The translations under genes were made by a program, and so were the position numbers. The notes under the pieces are model-generated. The model did not search any database. It was not told where the DNA came from and saw only the letters and a program-made list of their open reading frames with translations. Shown here piece by piece: positions 30,901 to 42,897 of a DNA stretch of 64,000 bases. Origin of the DNA: Chrysomallon squamiferum (lineage: Eukaryota; Animalia; Mollusca); the NCBI GenBank assembly GCA_012295275.1, contig CM022665.1, forward strand, positions 29,388,001-29,452,000. The letters are read 5' to 3'. Each line of letters opens with the position of its first letter. The stretch's first letter is position 1.

Positions 30901-33900
30901 TCCAGTTAATTAACGAATGGAAGTTATCTATACCAACAGAATTCAGTGGAAGTGGAATGTGTTCTGGTCCATACACTGTTAACTTATAATGAATAATAAT
31001 GTTTAAACTCATGTGTGCAAGCTATAAGGTTAAAAAATATATGTAACTAATACTAAAACACACTATATTCAAAATTTATATTAAAAAAACAACTGTGAAA
31101 TAAATTTTTCAAATTGTTTAATTTTTATTTCTGTTGATAGTGAAAAGTCTAAAACATGCAGTCTGACTGATACCTAGCTCAGGAAAAAAAAATATGTCAT
31201 TAAAATATGTTCTATTTCACATTTCTATAAAGTTTTTAACTTAACAATTTACTGGTATTAAGAATACATGCCTATGTCATAAAGTAGTTATGATAATACA
31301 GATGTTATTTTTAGATTATTCTTCATGTTACAAATAGATGTTCATACAAATTTTTTTTTTTTTAAAAACACTACTTTTTTCTACTTTCTCTGCATTTTCT
31401 GGAGTTAATTAAATGTTGAAAAACAGCTTCAAAGATACCCAACAATTTCCAGTAAAGGTTGCTTGATGTCTATGTTCTTTCCAGACAGGAAGAAATGAAA
31501 TTAAGGATGATATGCAAAGATGAGTTTTCAAAGAGTGGCTTTCATATTCCATGCTCACTGAATTGCCACCATAACATAAAACTTTTCCAGCTGGTGTACT
31601 CTGGGAATTCCTGAGAAAAAAAAAGAGTAAAGGTAAATTTTAAAAATCCATATTAAATAGCTTTTTTTTTCCTTTTTGAAATACTATTTCTATGAGTAAA
31701 AAAACAACAACAAAATAAAACCAAACTGAAATCAAAATATGTAAAAACTTAAATTATTTTTGACTAAGTATCTTTGTTATGACTAAAGCAGATCAATATC
31801 TTATGTTCTGTGTTACCACGTAAAAATTATGGAATACTTTAATGTTTTTCACTTACCATAGTAGGTAGGAAGCATCATTTATAAGAGTGACATTACGTAA
31901 TGAAGTGGTCGTTTTATAACTATAACAGAAACAAATTACAGAAATATGATGTTTGTTATATAAAGTTATTTAATTAAAATAGCATATATAAAACAATTAT
32001 AGAAACAATTAACTTAAAATATTTCATAATCTATACTGATGATATGAAATGTCTTAAAAATTACATTTTTAATTGTTAAATATGAAAAGGAAGTGGAAAA
32101 ATTAACATGCCTTGAATAAGTGTATTAAAATTAGAAATAAAGTATACATATGTATTTCATTACCATGGGGTTCAATACCTGAAATCTGTGTTACAAACTG
32201 CACCTGAGATTTTCATAGTGAAAGACAAACCTATCTGAAAAATTACAATAAAATATGTAGAAAATTGGTTAAGATCATAACACAGAGAACACTTGTCAAG
32301 TTATAATACTTGCATTGTCCCTTCTTATTACAGATTTAATTCATCATAACATCTTCTGGATTTGTAGTTTTTAGTATTATTCGTCAGACATGATATATGT
32401 AAAAAGAAAAATATAAAGAAAAAAACAACTGATGCAGCAATTTATTAAATAGCTAATTGCATGACTAAACTTTACCTTAGGATTAATAAACTTCATCCAG
32501 TAGAGAAATTTGCAAAATTGTTGTCCTTCTAGTAGCATATGTTCTTCTGATTGAATTATCTGAAAATACAAACTAGGAATTAGTTAAAGAAATGACAAAA
32601 ACAAATTTTTATTTTATATCAATAGATATATTTAATGTAAGGAAAATATTTGTACTGTTTTAAGAAAAGAAATCACTTTTCATTGATCTAATTATTATGT
32701 GTAAATATGCATATATTTTTTGATAACCTACTCTAAAATGAATAACAAAGCTGTCACATTCCACAATATCCAACTTTGTAGTTGATGAAGAACTCTGACA
32801 GTTGATGCACACCCTGGAATTTTCTTCACTCAGCCACAAAATGTTTTGTGTGATTACATTCTCATTAACAGCATCTAATTGCTGTACTGAAAGGTGAGCT
32901 TCATTTTCATATGACTGCATTAAAAATATCATTTTGACAAAAGTGGGTAAGCATCCACCTAATAAATAAAAATTATCTACATAAATATTAAATAAAGACT
33001 GAATTTTTTTTTTTTTTATTCATGCAAAATAATTAAAATAAATTGTTTACTAATAGTATATAATTATGTCTTTGGTAGGTAGAATTATTAAAAAATTCCA
33101 CAATTATATTTTGGCCACAAATGCAAAGTTAGGTTACTCAGAATACCAAATTTAGTTAATATCATTACAATATATCATATTTTTAAAAACAAATATTCAC
33201 ATACATAAGGTAGTTCACTGAGTAATTTGTTACCTTCAAGCAAAGCTTTGAAATTGACTTCAAAGTTGCATGACACTGAAACAAACCACCAAAACAGTAA
33301 AAAATATAAATAAATTATAAAAGAGAATAACAACAACTTAGTTTTTAAAGTTGAATATAAAATTAATTAGTTGGTTATAATCTTAAATAAGAAGACATAA
33401 ATAAAAAGATAAGATTTGTTTATAGGTTTATTGTTTTAACATTAATATGGTTTATCTGGAAATACAGAACTTTTTACAGTTCTCAGGGATATCTCACTTT
33501 GTTTTAATGTTTTCCCATTAATCACTGTATGAGTGTGTGTTTAAAATTATTTATTGAGTAAGTACATATTTATGATTTTCAGGTACTATACCTCTGATAT
33601 AGAAGACTTTCTGACTGTATTGGTAAGCCTTTTTCTTTGATTTCAGTTCGACTCCTAGATGAAGAGGAAACACCTGAATTTCTTCAGATTTAGCACAGCA
33701 GAGAAGAGCTCTTATTACCTAGGATTGAAACCAATTGATATATAACTTGAAAAACAAATATCAGTCTTGAAACATTGTTTTTCTTTTGTTGTTTTTTGTT
33801 GCTTTTTTATTATTTTATTTTGGGGGTGGAATGTATTGTGGGTGGAATCGTTATTAATATTACTGTTATTTTATATTATTTTATTAATATTAAGTGTCCA

Positions 33901-34040
33901 TATAACATATTCTGATAATTTTTGTATAAAAAATAAAATAAAATAAAATAAAATAAATATTTTAAAATTCCAAAACTGGACAAATTATTAATTGATCTTA
34001 TAACCTCTACAAGAGTCAGCTGAACAGGCAAAGAGTCCAT
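27985..34040 (-). CDS. TOP6BL: Type 2 DNA topoisomerase 6 subunit B-like (TOPOVIBL, SPO11 partner), 16 exons, ~600 aa from Met 34040
   Basis: Exons 34005-34040, 33592-33718, 33234-33275, 32732-32958, 32476-32559, 32179-32234, 31857-31919, 31439-31610, 30856-30982, 30501-30647, 30257-30375, 29941-30051, 29524-29628, 28930-29076, 28298-28483 and 27985-28038 join in phase (1803 nt). Motifs are colinear with mouse TOPOVIBL as recalled: LVEVIRALL vs VCEILRYLI; KFLYWMKFINPKIGLSF vs HFLRKIIIVHHKLKFSF; LTVYGPEHIPL..LINWSRF vs IFLYGPLGLPL..FIDWKKY; IVSLSSCRKFRSEM vs VLTGSTRSSFRKTC; C-terminal DSAWFSEVMLDVADWM vs EDLWLQEVSNLSEWL. Confidence 0.85.
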
Positions 34041-34079
34041 TGTCGCGTCTGCATGTATAAATGTACTTTGATCAATTTC

Positions 34080-34119
<40 letters not shown>

Positions 34120-34808
34120 AAAATAATAATAATAATAATAATGATTATATACATATATTAACAAAGGTATACAGCTAGTAAAGATCTAATTACGTTTCTG
34201 ACAGATAACTGTAAAATTATATTTGATAGTGTATTTTAGATTAATATTAAACAAAATTTTGTTTACTCACTTTCGGGACTAGAATAAATAAATAAATAAC
34301 AGATTTTAAAAGGTTACCTATTTATAAGAAAAGAAAAAAACGTTTTATTCCATTTACTAAAATCAAATCCAAAAAATAAAAAATAAAAATAAAAATTATA
34401 TTAATATTTAAAATAATAAAATCATAAAAAAATAAATTCAGGTTGTATTTGCTGCTGTTAATTAATTTTTAACATCTACTTATATGCTATTTGCCATAAA
34501 TCAAATAATAATATGATCTAAATTATGTTGCTGAGAAAACATATTAGAATGTATATTACAGATGTTCATACTGGTAGCTTTCAAAATTATAGTGAAAGGA
34601 AACTTTTCCGTCTGCAAGAATTGTTTTCGTTATTTTCCGCCTTTTTATGCAAAGATCCAGTAAGCCGTGTTGCTTTAGAAAATAGCTGCTGCAATTTTTA
34701 AGAAACTTTTATTGTTTTAATATTTATTTTTACAGTACATTTCTTCTTTCTTTAATGCACCACTAATACTTGTTATTGTCACAAACTGTCTGAAAATATC
34801 CTCTTTAT

Positions 34809-35048
34809 CATGGCCGTAACTAGTCAGTTATGTCTTTTATTACAACGATGTTGGTAGACTTCAAACGGTAATCGTAGACATAAACGAATTCATTCAGGGT
34901 CATATCGTTTCTAATGGAATTGAAATTTATATTTTATAGTTTTAAAATAAAATCTTTGTATACAAAAAAACAACATAAAAACCTTTAAAAATCATCAATT
35001 TCGGTTCGAGGCATTTGCCTCATTTGCCTCAATGTAGTTACGGCCATG
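34809..35048. mobile_element. 240-bp MITE with 14-bp perfect TIRs (possibly hAT-like)
   Basis: CATGGCCGTAACTA (34809-34822) and TAGTTACGGCCATG (35035-35048), with a subterminal CATTTGCCT duplication. No clear target-site duplication. Confidence 0.7.
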
Positions 35049-35786
35049 TTTGTGTCCCATTCAATTTATCCGTCAGTGTGCAGGTTCGGTTATTTCCCAT
35101 TGGAATCTATGCACTAAAACTGGTTTATCAAAAGGGGCATATATAAAAAAAAAATCGTTATAAAAAAATTAAAATAGCCCAGCACTTAATTAAAATCAGT
35201 AATAAAATGTTATTTACTCCATTAAGTGAGAATAACTAGCATTTTTTAAAGTTGGCTTGCAGTCTAAATGAATAAAATCTATAAAAAGAATGACAATAAA
35301 GCATATTCAGTGCAGAGTATAGTTCTTTATTACATTCAGAAATACAGCAAACATAATACCGTTAGGTCATATAAAGAGTAAAAATAACAAATGAATATTA
35401 CATCACACTTAATTAAAATTCCAAAGAAAAAAGACTACAGTTATCCATTGCTGTGATTTTATTTCATCTGCAAACATTTCAAACTTTGTTAAACAGTATT
35501 TCTCATCAACTGTCTCAAATAATGAATGGTATGAAATACAAAATGTACTGAATTTTTTTTTTAATTTGTTGTCAGCTTGTGAAAGCAGGGGAAATTGCTT
35601 TAAATTGTTCTTACAGATCTTTCTGAGGACAGAAATGAAAATGATTGCAAGTAGCAAATATAATACTGATGTCAAATATAAAACTGGTTATGTCTGTTTG
35701 ATAAAAATGTCGATGCCGTGTTGATATTAATAAAAAATACTGAGGTCTTGATGTTATGAGAAAAGACTATTGATGTCCTGATGTTA

Positions 35787-38630
35787 CTAATCAAAACTGT
35801 CTCCACATGACTGTTGCTTCAGTACTGCTTTCAGCCCTGTATTCTTGCATCAATATCAGATAATGTAATATTCTGAAAAAAATGAAATACATATATTATT
35901 AGTAAACACTGCAGTAAAATGTTTCGAAGTTCTGAAACATAAGTATATTATTTTTGTCTTTGCTTATGATTAAATATGTATTACGAGTTAACATAAGTGT
36001 AATTTTTAAACAAGAAAATATCTTCTGATTTAATTAAATAAATAAATCTTACCATTTGATGATCATGCTGTCTTGCATGTGTGTTAACTTTCCTGTGTTT
36101 TCTTTTTGCAGGTGGTGGCTTAAAAAACACAAATCCAATATACTGAGAGTCTGAAATTACTTTTACTTTGAACTGATAATTTCTCTAAACTTAGATGAAA
36201 ATATCAAGAAACTATTTGATTAGAATTCTACTTGTATTGAACTTGTTTATGATTTACTACTACAAAACATCAGTATTTCAAACAGTAATGTTTTAAAATT
36301 ATTTAATGTATATATTGTAAATGCATATTATCACTCACAATTATAATCATTGAATTCATTTGTATTTGTTTTTTCCCATCTGTAATTTATTAAAATTTAT
36401 AACACGATATTAAATAAAATACATACAGCATTTTGAAAATATTCAGGACTGAGACTTTCCAGATATAAAATTCTTTCCTCCAGCATTTTCAATCTTCGAA
36501 ACATGTCTGCTTTTGAAGTTTCTGAAACAAATAGACAATATTAACAATGTTTTAATTAAATAAGCCCCACAAAATTTATCTAAATTTTATTTTCATTTCA
36601 CAAAATGTTTAAAACAGAAAGGTTACACTTTATACTTACAGTTTAACTTTGGTGATTTGTACAAACAGCCAAAATACAGTTTGAACTGTTGCAATTGACT
36701 CTTTTATTTGTGGCTGTAGACCAGTCATTGTTAATAATAACTAACAAGTCAAGAGAAACATATCGTAGTGAACTCACCTTCAGTCATATCAAGATGATTT
36801 TCCATGTTTCTGAGTCGTTCATGCATACACTGCAACCCAGTTCCTGCTGTGGATTGTAAAGATGAATTCTGATTGCTCTCAGCATCATTATGTCGAGTTT
36901 GGGGTCCGTAAGGGTTAACCACTCTAGTGACCTTGATGTGACTTCTTGTGCCTGCACGGGGAATAAATACAGCATCTGTACGAGCACATCCCTCACTGCA
37001 CCCTAAAAGAAAAAAACTACAATATTATTTGTTCCTATCTTCTTTACACTATATATAACTTTCCTGTTTCTTTTTCAAGATAACATTAATGCAGAAAATA
37101 ATATTTACTTGTTATAGCTTGCTTACTCAAAAACATTTGTTCTTAATCTGACAGTAAACAATGAAATGATATCAAAAGGAAATATGTAAACAAATTGTTA
37201 CAAATGGAAACTGTAACCAATATTTAATAATGAATGTAAGAATTATTTGGATGTATTAAATGAAAACATAAAAGCTCTGGGAAACTGAATATCTGAAGAA
37301 ACAACACATTAATTTCTTTATTATTTTGTTAAAAAATCATTTATGATTACGAAAAACCCTGAAAAACAACAAACTTTCATCTAACTGTGTCAAGCTGCAA
37401 AACTCTCTCCTGTTAAATTCATTCACTTCATTTTGCTTTTGATCCAAGAACGCTGCAATTCTTCTTTCTATCTGTGGGTTAAAATTCATTCTATATTTTA
37501 TCATTAAATGCATTAACAAAAATGATATACTCAAAATCATCCTTAATAACTGTTGTAACAACATAATAATGAAAAGTTTTATATCAAGATCTCATGAAAA
37601 TAAAATCATTTCTGACTGACAGTATTTTCTGAATCCATTTTCTTTTCTGTTTATGGGTATCAATAAATTTCATATGATTAGAAATTTAGTTTTTTGTGAC
37701 CGCAGTGACAGAGTTGCAAGATAAATTTTACCTCAGCATTTGATGCCTTGATCTGTACAATGTTTGGATCCAGTGGATTAGTCTCATGGTCTGTGTTTTT
37801 CAGTTGTTCACTTCCTGAAATCTCCTTTGCTGATCTTACTTGTAAATCATCAAGTTCAGCACCATTTAATTCAGTTTTAATTTTTTCACATACTGACTGA
37901 AATATAACATAGGTAAGAAAATTTTAAAAAGTTACTTTACATTTTAATTATTATTAATGAATGATTTTACCTAATATTTGAGCACTAGGATTTCTATTTT
38001 AGATAAGTCGTCAAAGTAGGTGTCAGATATTTTATTTAAAAGGCTTTTTATATTTAAAACCACAGCAGAGATTTACATTATTGGAGCATGATCCTAAAAA
38101 TAAATATTGGAATATAAGCATATGTCTACTGTTAGAAAGTGACAGGTCTAAATCAAAATAATACATGCTATACCTGTAGCTGCTGAGTAAGAGTTTCAAT
38201 AGATTTAAGTAACAATTCTGATGAAATTTCTGTTTCATTTTCAGCTGTAATTTCTTGCTTCAAGTCATCTTTAATTGTTATATTTACCTGAAACAAAATA
38301 AAGCAATTTGAGACAAATTCCTACAACCATGACAGTGGCAACTAAACATAATCTTTCTCTTCTGCTCTGACTACTGAGTCTAAGTTTAAAAATATGTGTA
38401 CACTGTTATTATTGATTAACTAATGGCTAATATTAGGCGGATATCAGATAACAAATAAATAAATAAATAAAAAATAAATAAATTGTAAAACTAAAGAGAT
38501 CATTTTGAACATTTCCATAAACATTTTAAACATTAACTTTTTGGGACTGTATTCTTTATCGTTTAACCTTTCTGACAAAGACTGAAATGTACTCCAAAAC
38601 GGCAGAAATGTGGCTGTTTTGTTCTTGCAT
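35787..38630 (-). CDS. MBIP: MAP3K12-binding inhibitory protein 1 (ATAC complex subunit), 8 exons
   Basis: Exons 38568-38630, 38174-38287, 37732-37896, 37375-37471, 36778-37002, 36427-36521, 36053-36118 and a last exon from 35872. Motifs include DPNIVQIKASNAEIERRIAAFLDQKQNEVNEFNRREFC, CARTDAVF..SHIKVTRVVNPYGPQT, ERLRNMENHL and LEERILYLESLSPEYFQ. The stop is at 35831 as written, or at 35787 if one G is missing. Confidence 0.93.
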
Positions 38631-38806
38631 AAAAACGTATTTAGATCTTAATAGATAAGACTCAATTCAGGTGTTTTTATCACTTCGCAATAATCAGCTA
38701 GGAGTTTCGGTCCACTTCGACGGGATCCGAAATTTAATTATACATTCCGTAGCTATCCGATATATTCCGAGTATAAAGAAATTAACTATGGTCTCATACC
38801 AGACTT

Positions 38807-38809
<3 letters not shown>

Positions 38810-38888
<79 letters not shown>
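38810..38888. repeat. (CT)n microsatellite upstream of MBIP
   Basis: Directly visible. Confidence 0.95.
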
Positions 38889-38892
<4 letters not shown>

Positions 38893-39671
38893 AATAACCT
38901 GTTATTATAATTATTATTATTCAATTATTGTAAAGTATAATATATTTTAGATACGATTACCCTTTTATATGAAAATGTAATATATTTGTAAAAAGTATGT
39001 ATATAAAACCATTTGTTCTAACGTAACAGTAACAGTTCGATAAAAATACATATTCACAATAAAATGGGGAAAAAAAGAGAGAGAGAGACACACAATAGTA
39101 AATATTACATTTTTAGGGCCTTTACGCATCAATTTAATATTATAAAAATAAACTGAATTTTGTTCTGAAACTTTCCAATTTGCGGGTAATACATAGACAA
39201 CTATGCCAAATGTCAATTAAATATTTCATCCATAATTCTGATGTAAGAGATAGTGGCAAGGATTTTCTTTTTAAACCTTCCCACAGATGATGTAAAACAG
39301 ACATCACGGCCTTTGATAAACTTGTGGGTTAGCTTTGGCTGGTTTGGGAAGTAGTTCGAAGGGCGGACAAGAGACCCCAACAAGACCAAGAATATTATTA
39401 GTAGAAATAATAACAGCAACAGAAGTAGTAATGGTAGAAGTATTTCCCTCTAAGTTTCTATAAATATATGCTTTGAATTTTACGAAGTTTTCTGGACAGT
39501 CAAGTAATTGTTAATGTTTACTTTAAGCTAACGTTGAAATTAAACTCTGCGGAAATAACTGTAACAGTAACAGTTAAAGCGGATAACTGTCTGTTATCAA
39601 ATGCTTACTTTCCGCCAGCACAGAAACAAGTCTCTATATTTTACTGTAAGTTATTTTCACACTTTCTTAAT

Positions 39672-39710
<39 letters not shown>

Positions 39711-40119
39711 GTATACGAAAATGATTTAGATGTATTAGCAATATTTACTTGTTTATCAGTTAGTTTACGTATATCAAATTAATATTGTTACAATAATGTT
39801 TCTGTATTACATTGTTAATAATAATAATAATAATAATAAAAAGATAATGAGTGTCAGAATAAAATTTCCTTAATATAAATAAAATAATTCCACTTATTTC
39901 ATATATTTAAAATTTAATTTTTCCTATTCATCAGAATGTATCAACTAATTTTTAAAAAGAAAAAAATATTCAGTATATATATTCTCTCCAAATATCGATG
40001 TTATGTGCTGACTGGAGATATAGAGATTATTATTAATTTTAATTCATTTATTACTGAGTTTATTTTCACGATTTAATTCTCTGAACAGTGAAGACTCGTA
40101 CAGAACATACCAGGAACTC

Positions 40120-40306
40120 ATGCAGACAAAAGATTTCAAAGACAAATCTCTCAAATGTACAGTTTTGGGAGACAGCGGGGTGGGTAAAACATGCCTGCTG
40201 TTAACCTACGTCACCAGGAAATACCCGGACTGCGTGCCCGCCTCTTTTGAATGGCACTTAGGTAAACACACACACACACACACAGACGCGCGCGCGCGTC
40301 TGTATA

Positions 40307-40377
<71 letters not shown>

Positions 40378-40494
40378 TTCCTATTGTTATTACATTTGTT
40401 TTTAATCCACCAAAATAATTTTTTAATACTGTCAATGAGCCAATTATTATTAATTATAATAATCATAAACTTTTTCTTTTTGATTTATTATAAC

Positions 40495-40546
<52 letters not shown>

Positions 40547-41560
40547 TTTTTTTGTGGTCGTTGTTTTAGCTGGTTCAGAATGGAAACGCGGTAATTTCCC
40601 TAGTGTTAAAGTAGATGGAATCAAGTACAATCTGGATTTTTCTGACACTCTTGGAATGGTGAGCACATACTGTTATACTACTCCTATCCATCCGAATTTA
40701 ATATTCTGTTCGTTTTAAACGTTTCATGTTGTTGATTTTATTCGCATTTCCATTTTGATATATTTTTTCCTTTTGTTAACTATCAACAAACATTTGCCGT
40801 TACTGGCAATATATATATACTGACAGTAATGAAATAAGTCCATCAGAGATTTTACAAGAATCTCGTCGTTGCTTATTCAGCTCAGTTAAAGAAAGCGATA
40901 TTCTAATAAAAGAAAGAATTTAAATCTAGAAACAAAAAGATAAGGCACAGAGCAACAAATGTATATTATTTGTAGATAAGTCAATTAATAAATGTATACT
41001 AAAACAGTTTTCTGATACTGATCAAACAGTCAAATTTCGTATTTTGTTATTAACCTTCTTTTTTTTAAATTGCTGTTGTTTGGTTTTGAAGTTTCTTTTT
41101 CTTTTCTTTATCAACATTATCATCGTCATTTAGTATTATTATTAAATTTCAGGATGAATACAAACCATTACGAGTGATAGCTTATGCAAGTACCGATGTC
41201 TTTATTATCTGCTACGATATCACAAACCGCGAGTCTTTGTCCAATGCTTTGGGCAAATGGTGGCTGGAGATTAAACAAAGCGGCGTCCAGGCTCCCGTCA
41301 TCTTGGTTGGAACTAAGCTCGATTTGAGAACCAACTATTCCGTCGTAGAAAGTCTACGAGATCAGAACACAAGTCCTGTGGAACACGAGGAGGGTCTCGG
41401 TGCCGCCAAACGTATGCATGCGGCGGACTACGTTGAATGTTCTGCCCTCACCAATGACGGCGTCAAATCGGTATTTCTGACGGCCGCGCATGCTGCTTTA
41501 AAAACGAAAAAACGTAAAGAAACTGCTGATGGTAAAAGTTCGAAGTGTGTCATTGTTTAA
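40120..41560 (+). CDS. Atypical Rho/Rac-family small GTPase A, 3 exons, 212 aa
   Basis: Exons 40120-40261, 40570-40658 and 41153-41560. G1 GDSGVGKT, G3 DTLGM, G4 GTKLD, Rho insert helix, G5 ECSAL, polybasic KTKKRK and CAAX CVIV. Confidence 0.92.
40266..40545. repeat. Compound (CA)(CG)(TG)(TA)n and (TAT)n microsatellites in GTPase A intron 1
   Basis: Directly visible. Confidence 0.95.
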
Positions 41561-42897
41561 TGTATCATAATATTGTGAAGTTATTTATTTTGTGTTTAGT
41601 AATTACAAGGAGTGGTTATCCAATCCGACGTTCTTAAGTGTACCACATTTTTTACAAAAATGAATGTACACATTATTTATTTATTTATTATTTTAATTTT
41701 ACAATATTTTATAATAATAATTATTATTATGATTTTTTTTTTTTTTTTTTTTTAAAAGATTGTTTGTCGGTATTTGTATCATTTCTAACCATTAATATAA
41801 ATATATATATCCAAAGAAATCATTAAATTTTTTGTTGTTGTTTATAAAAAGGATGAAAATAATGAAAACGGTGTTTGACAGGCAAAGATGATGAACGTAT
41901 TTTAATTAAAGATCCTGCAGTTAAATAGTTTTTGTTTTATTCTAAAACACACACATCCAAAAATTAATGTACCTCGCAAAATGAATTTTTTTTAGTTTTG
42001 ATGAACAATTGTTAGTTTCTGCTGAGAAACTGCACGTTAAAACAAAAATTATTATCAGTTTAAATCTCTGTTTCATAGAGCATTAACACATTACAACAAC
42101 AGAAGTACAGTATTAACTATCCCAACGGTAATACACCGAAATGTTTTTCTTTTTAATTTATGTATAGATTTTCCATTACATGAAACCGGAGTGACAGTGA
42201 GTGGTTATTTATATTTCTGTCAAAAAATATATATCTTGTAAAATAATAATTATTACTGTCGTCGATTCTCCATCCAGCTGTTAAGCATTTATTGTATGCA
42301 CCATCTCAGAAACAGGAAAAAAACACACCAATCCAGCCATTTGATAATATATCACTGGATTGTGGCTGGAAAAGGAAATACCAAGTCCAATGTTTGCACT
42401 AAAGAGAAATTATTCTAAAATGCTTTTAATTTCAGGCCAATGTACTAACTATTTACGTAAATCCCACTAATTAAATAGCAGCCTATCATTGCTCAATTTT
42501 ATTACAGTTTTTATGCTTATGTATTACTACTATTACATTACTTTAAAAAAAAAAAAAAAAAAAAATTATCGTGATTATCTTATAATCAAGAAAGTTTCAT
42601 CATAGTTGAAATAGTTCTACTGTCAAAAACATAATTTCTATATTTATTACACTTAATATTATTGATAACAGCTGCTAAGTATTTCAGTTGGTACTCCGTG
42701 TCACATATATATGTCGCAAGTACAAGCTGATCGTATGCATCATTCAAACGGAAATCCTAATGGAAGGGGTTGTGTGTTCGACAAACGAAAACACTTCAAA
42801 CCGTATCACTTTCATCAAGTGGTTCAAGCAGAGGCACCTCCCTAAAACACATGCCATTTACACTTTTCAGTTGTGACTGAGAAGAATTTATTTATTT

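Noticed and set aside
38671-38924. ORFs with (SL)n and (RE)n runs
   Set aside because: Artefacts of the (CT)n microsatellite.
40262-40569. Extension of the GTPase A ORF with (YI)n and poly-Y
   Set aside because: This is read-through into intron 1, which is bounded by canonical GT-AG sites.
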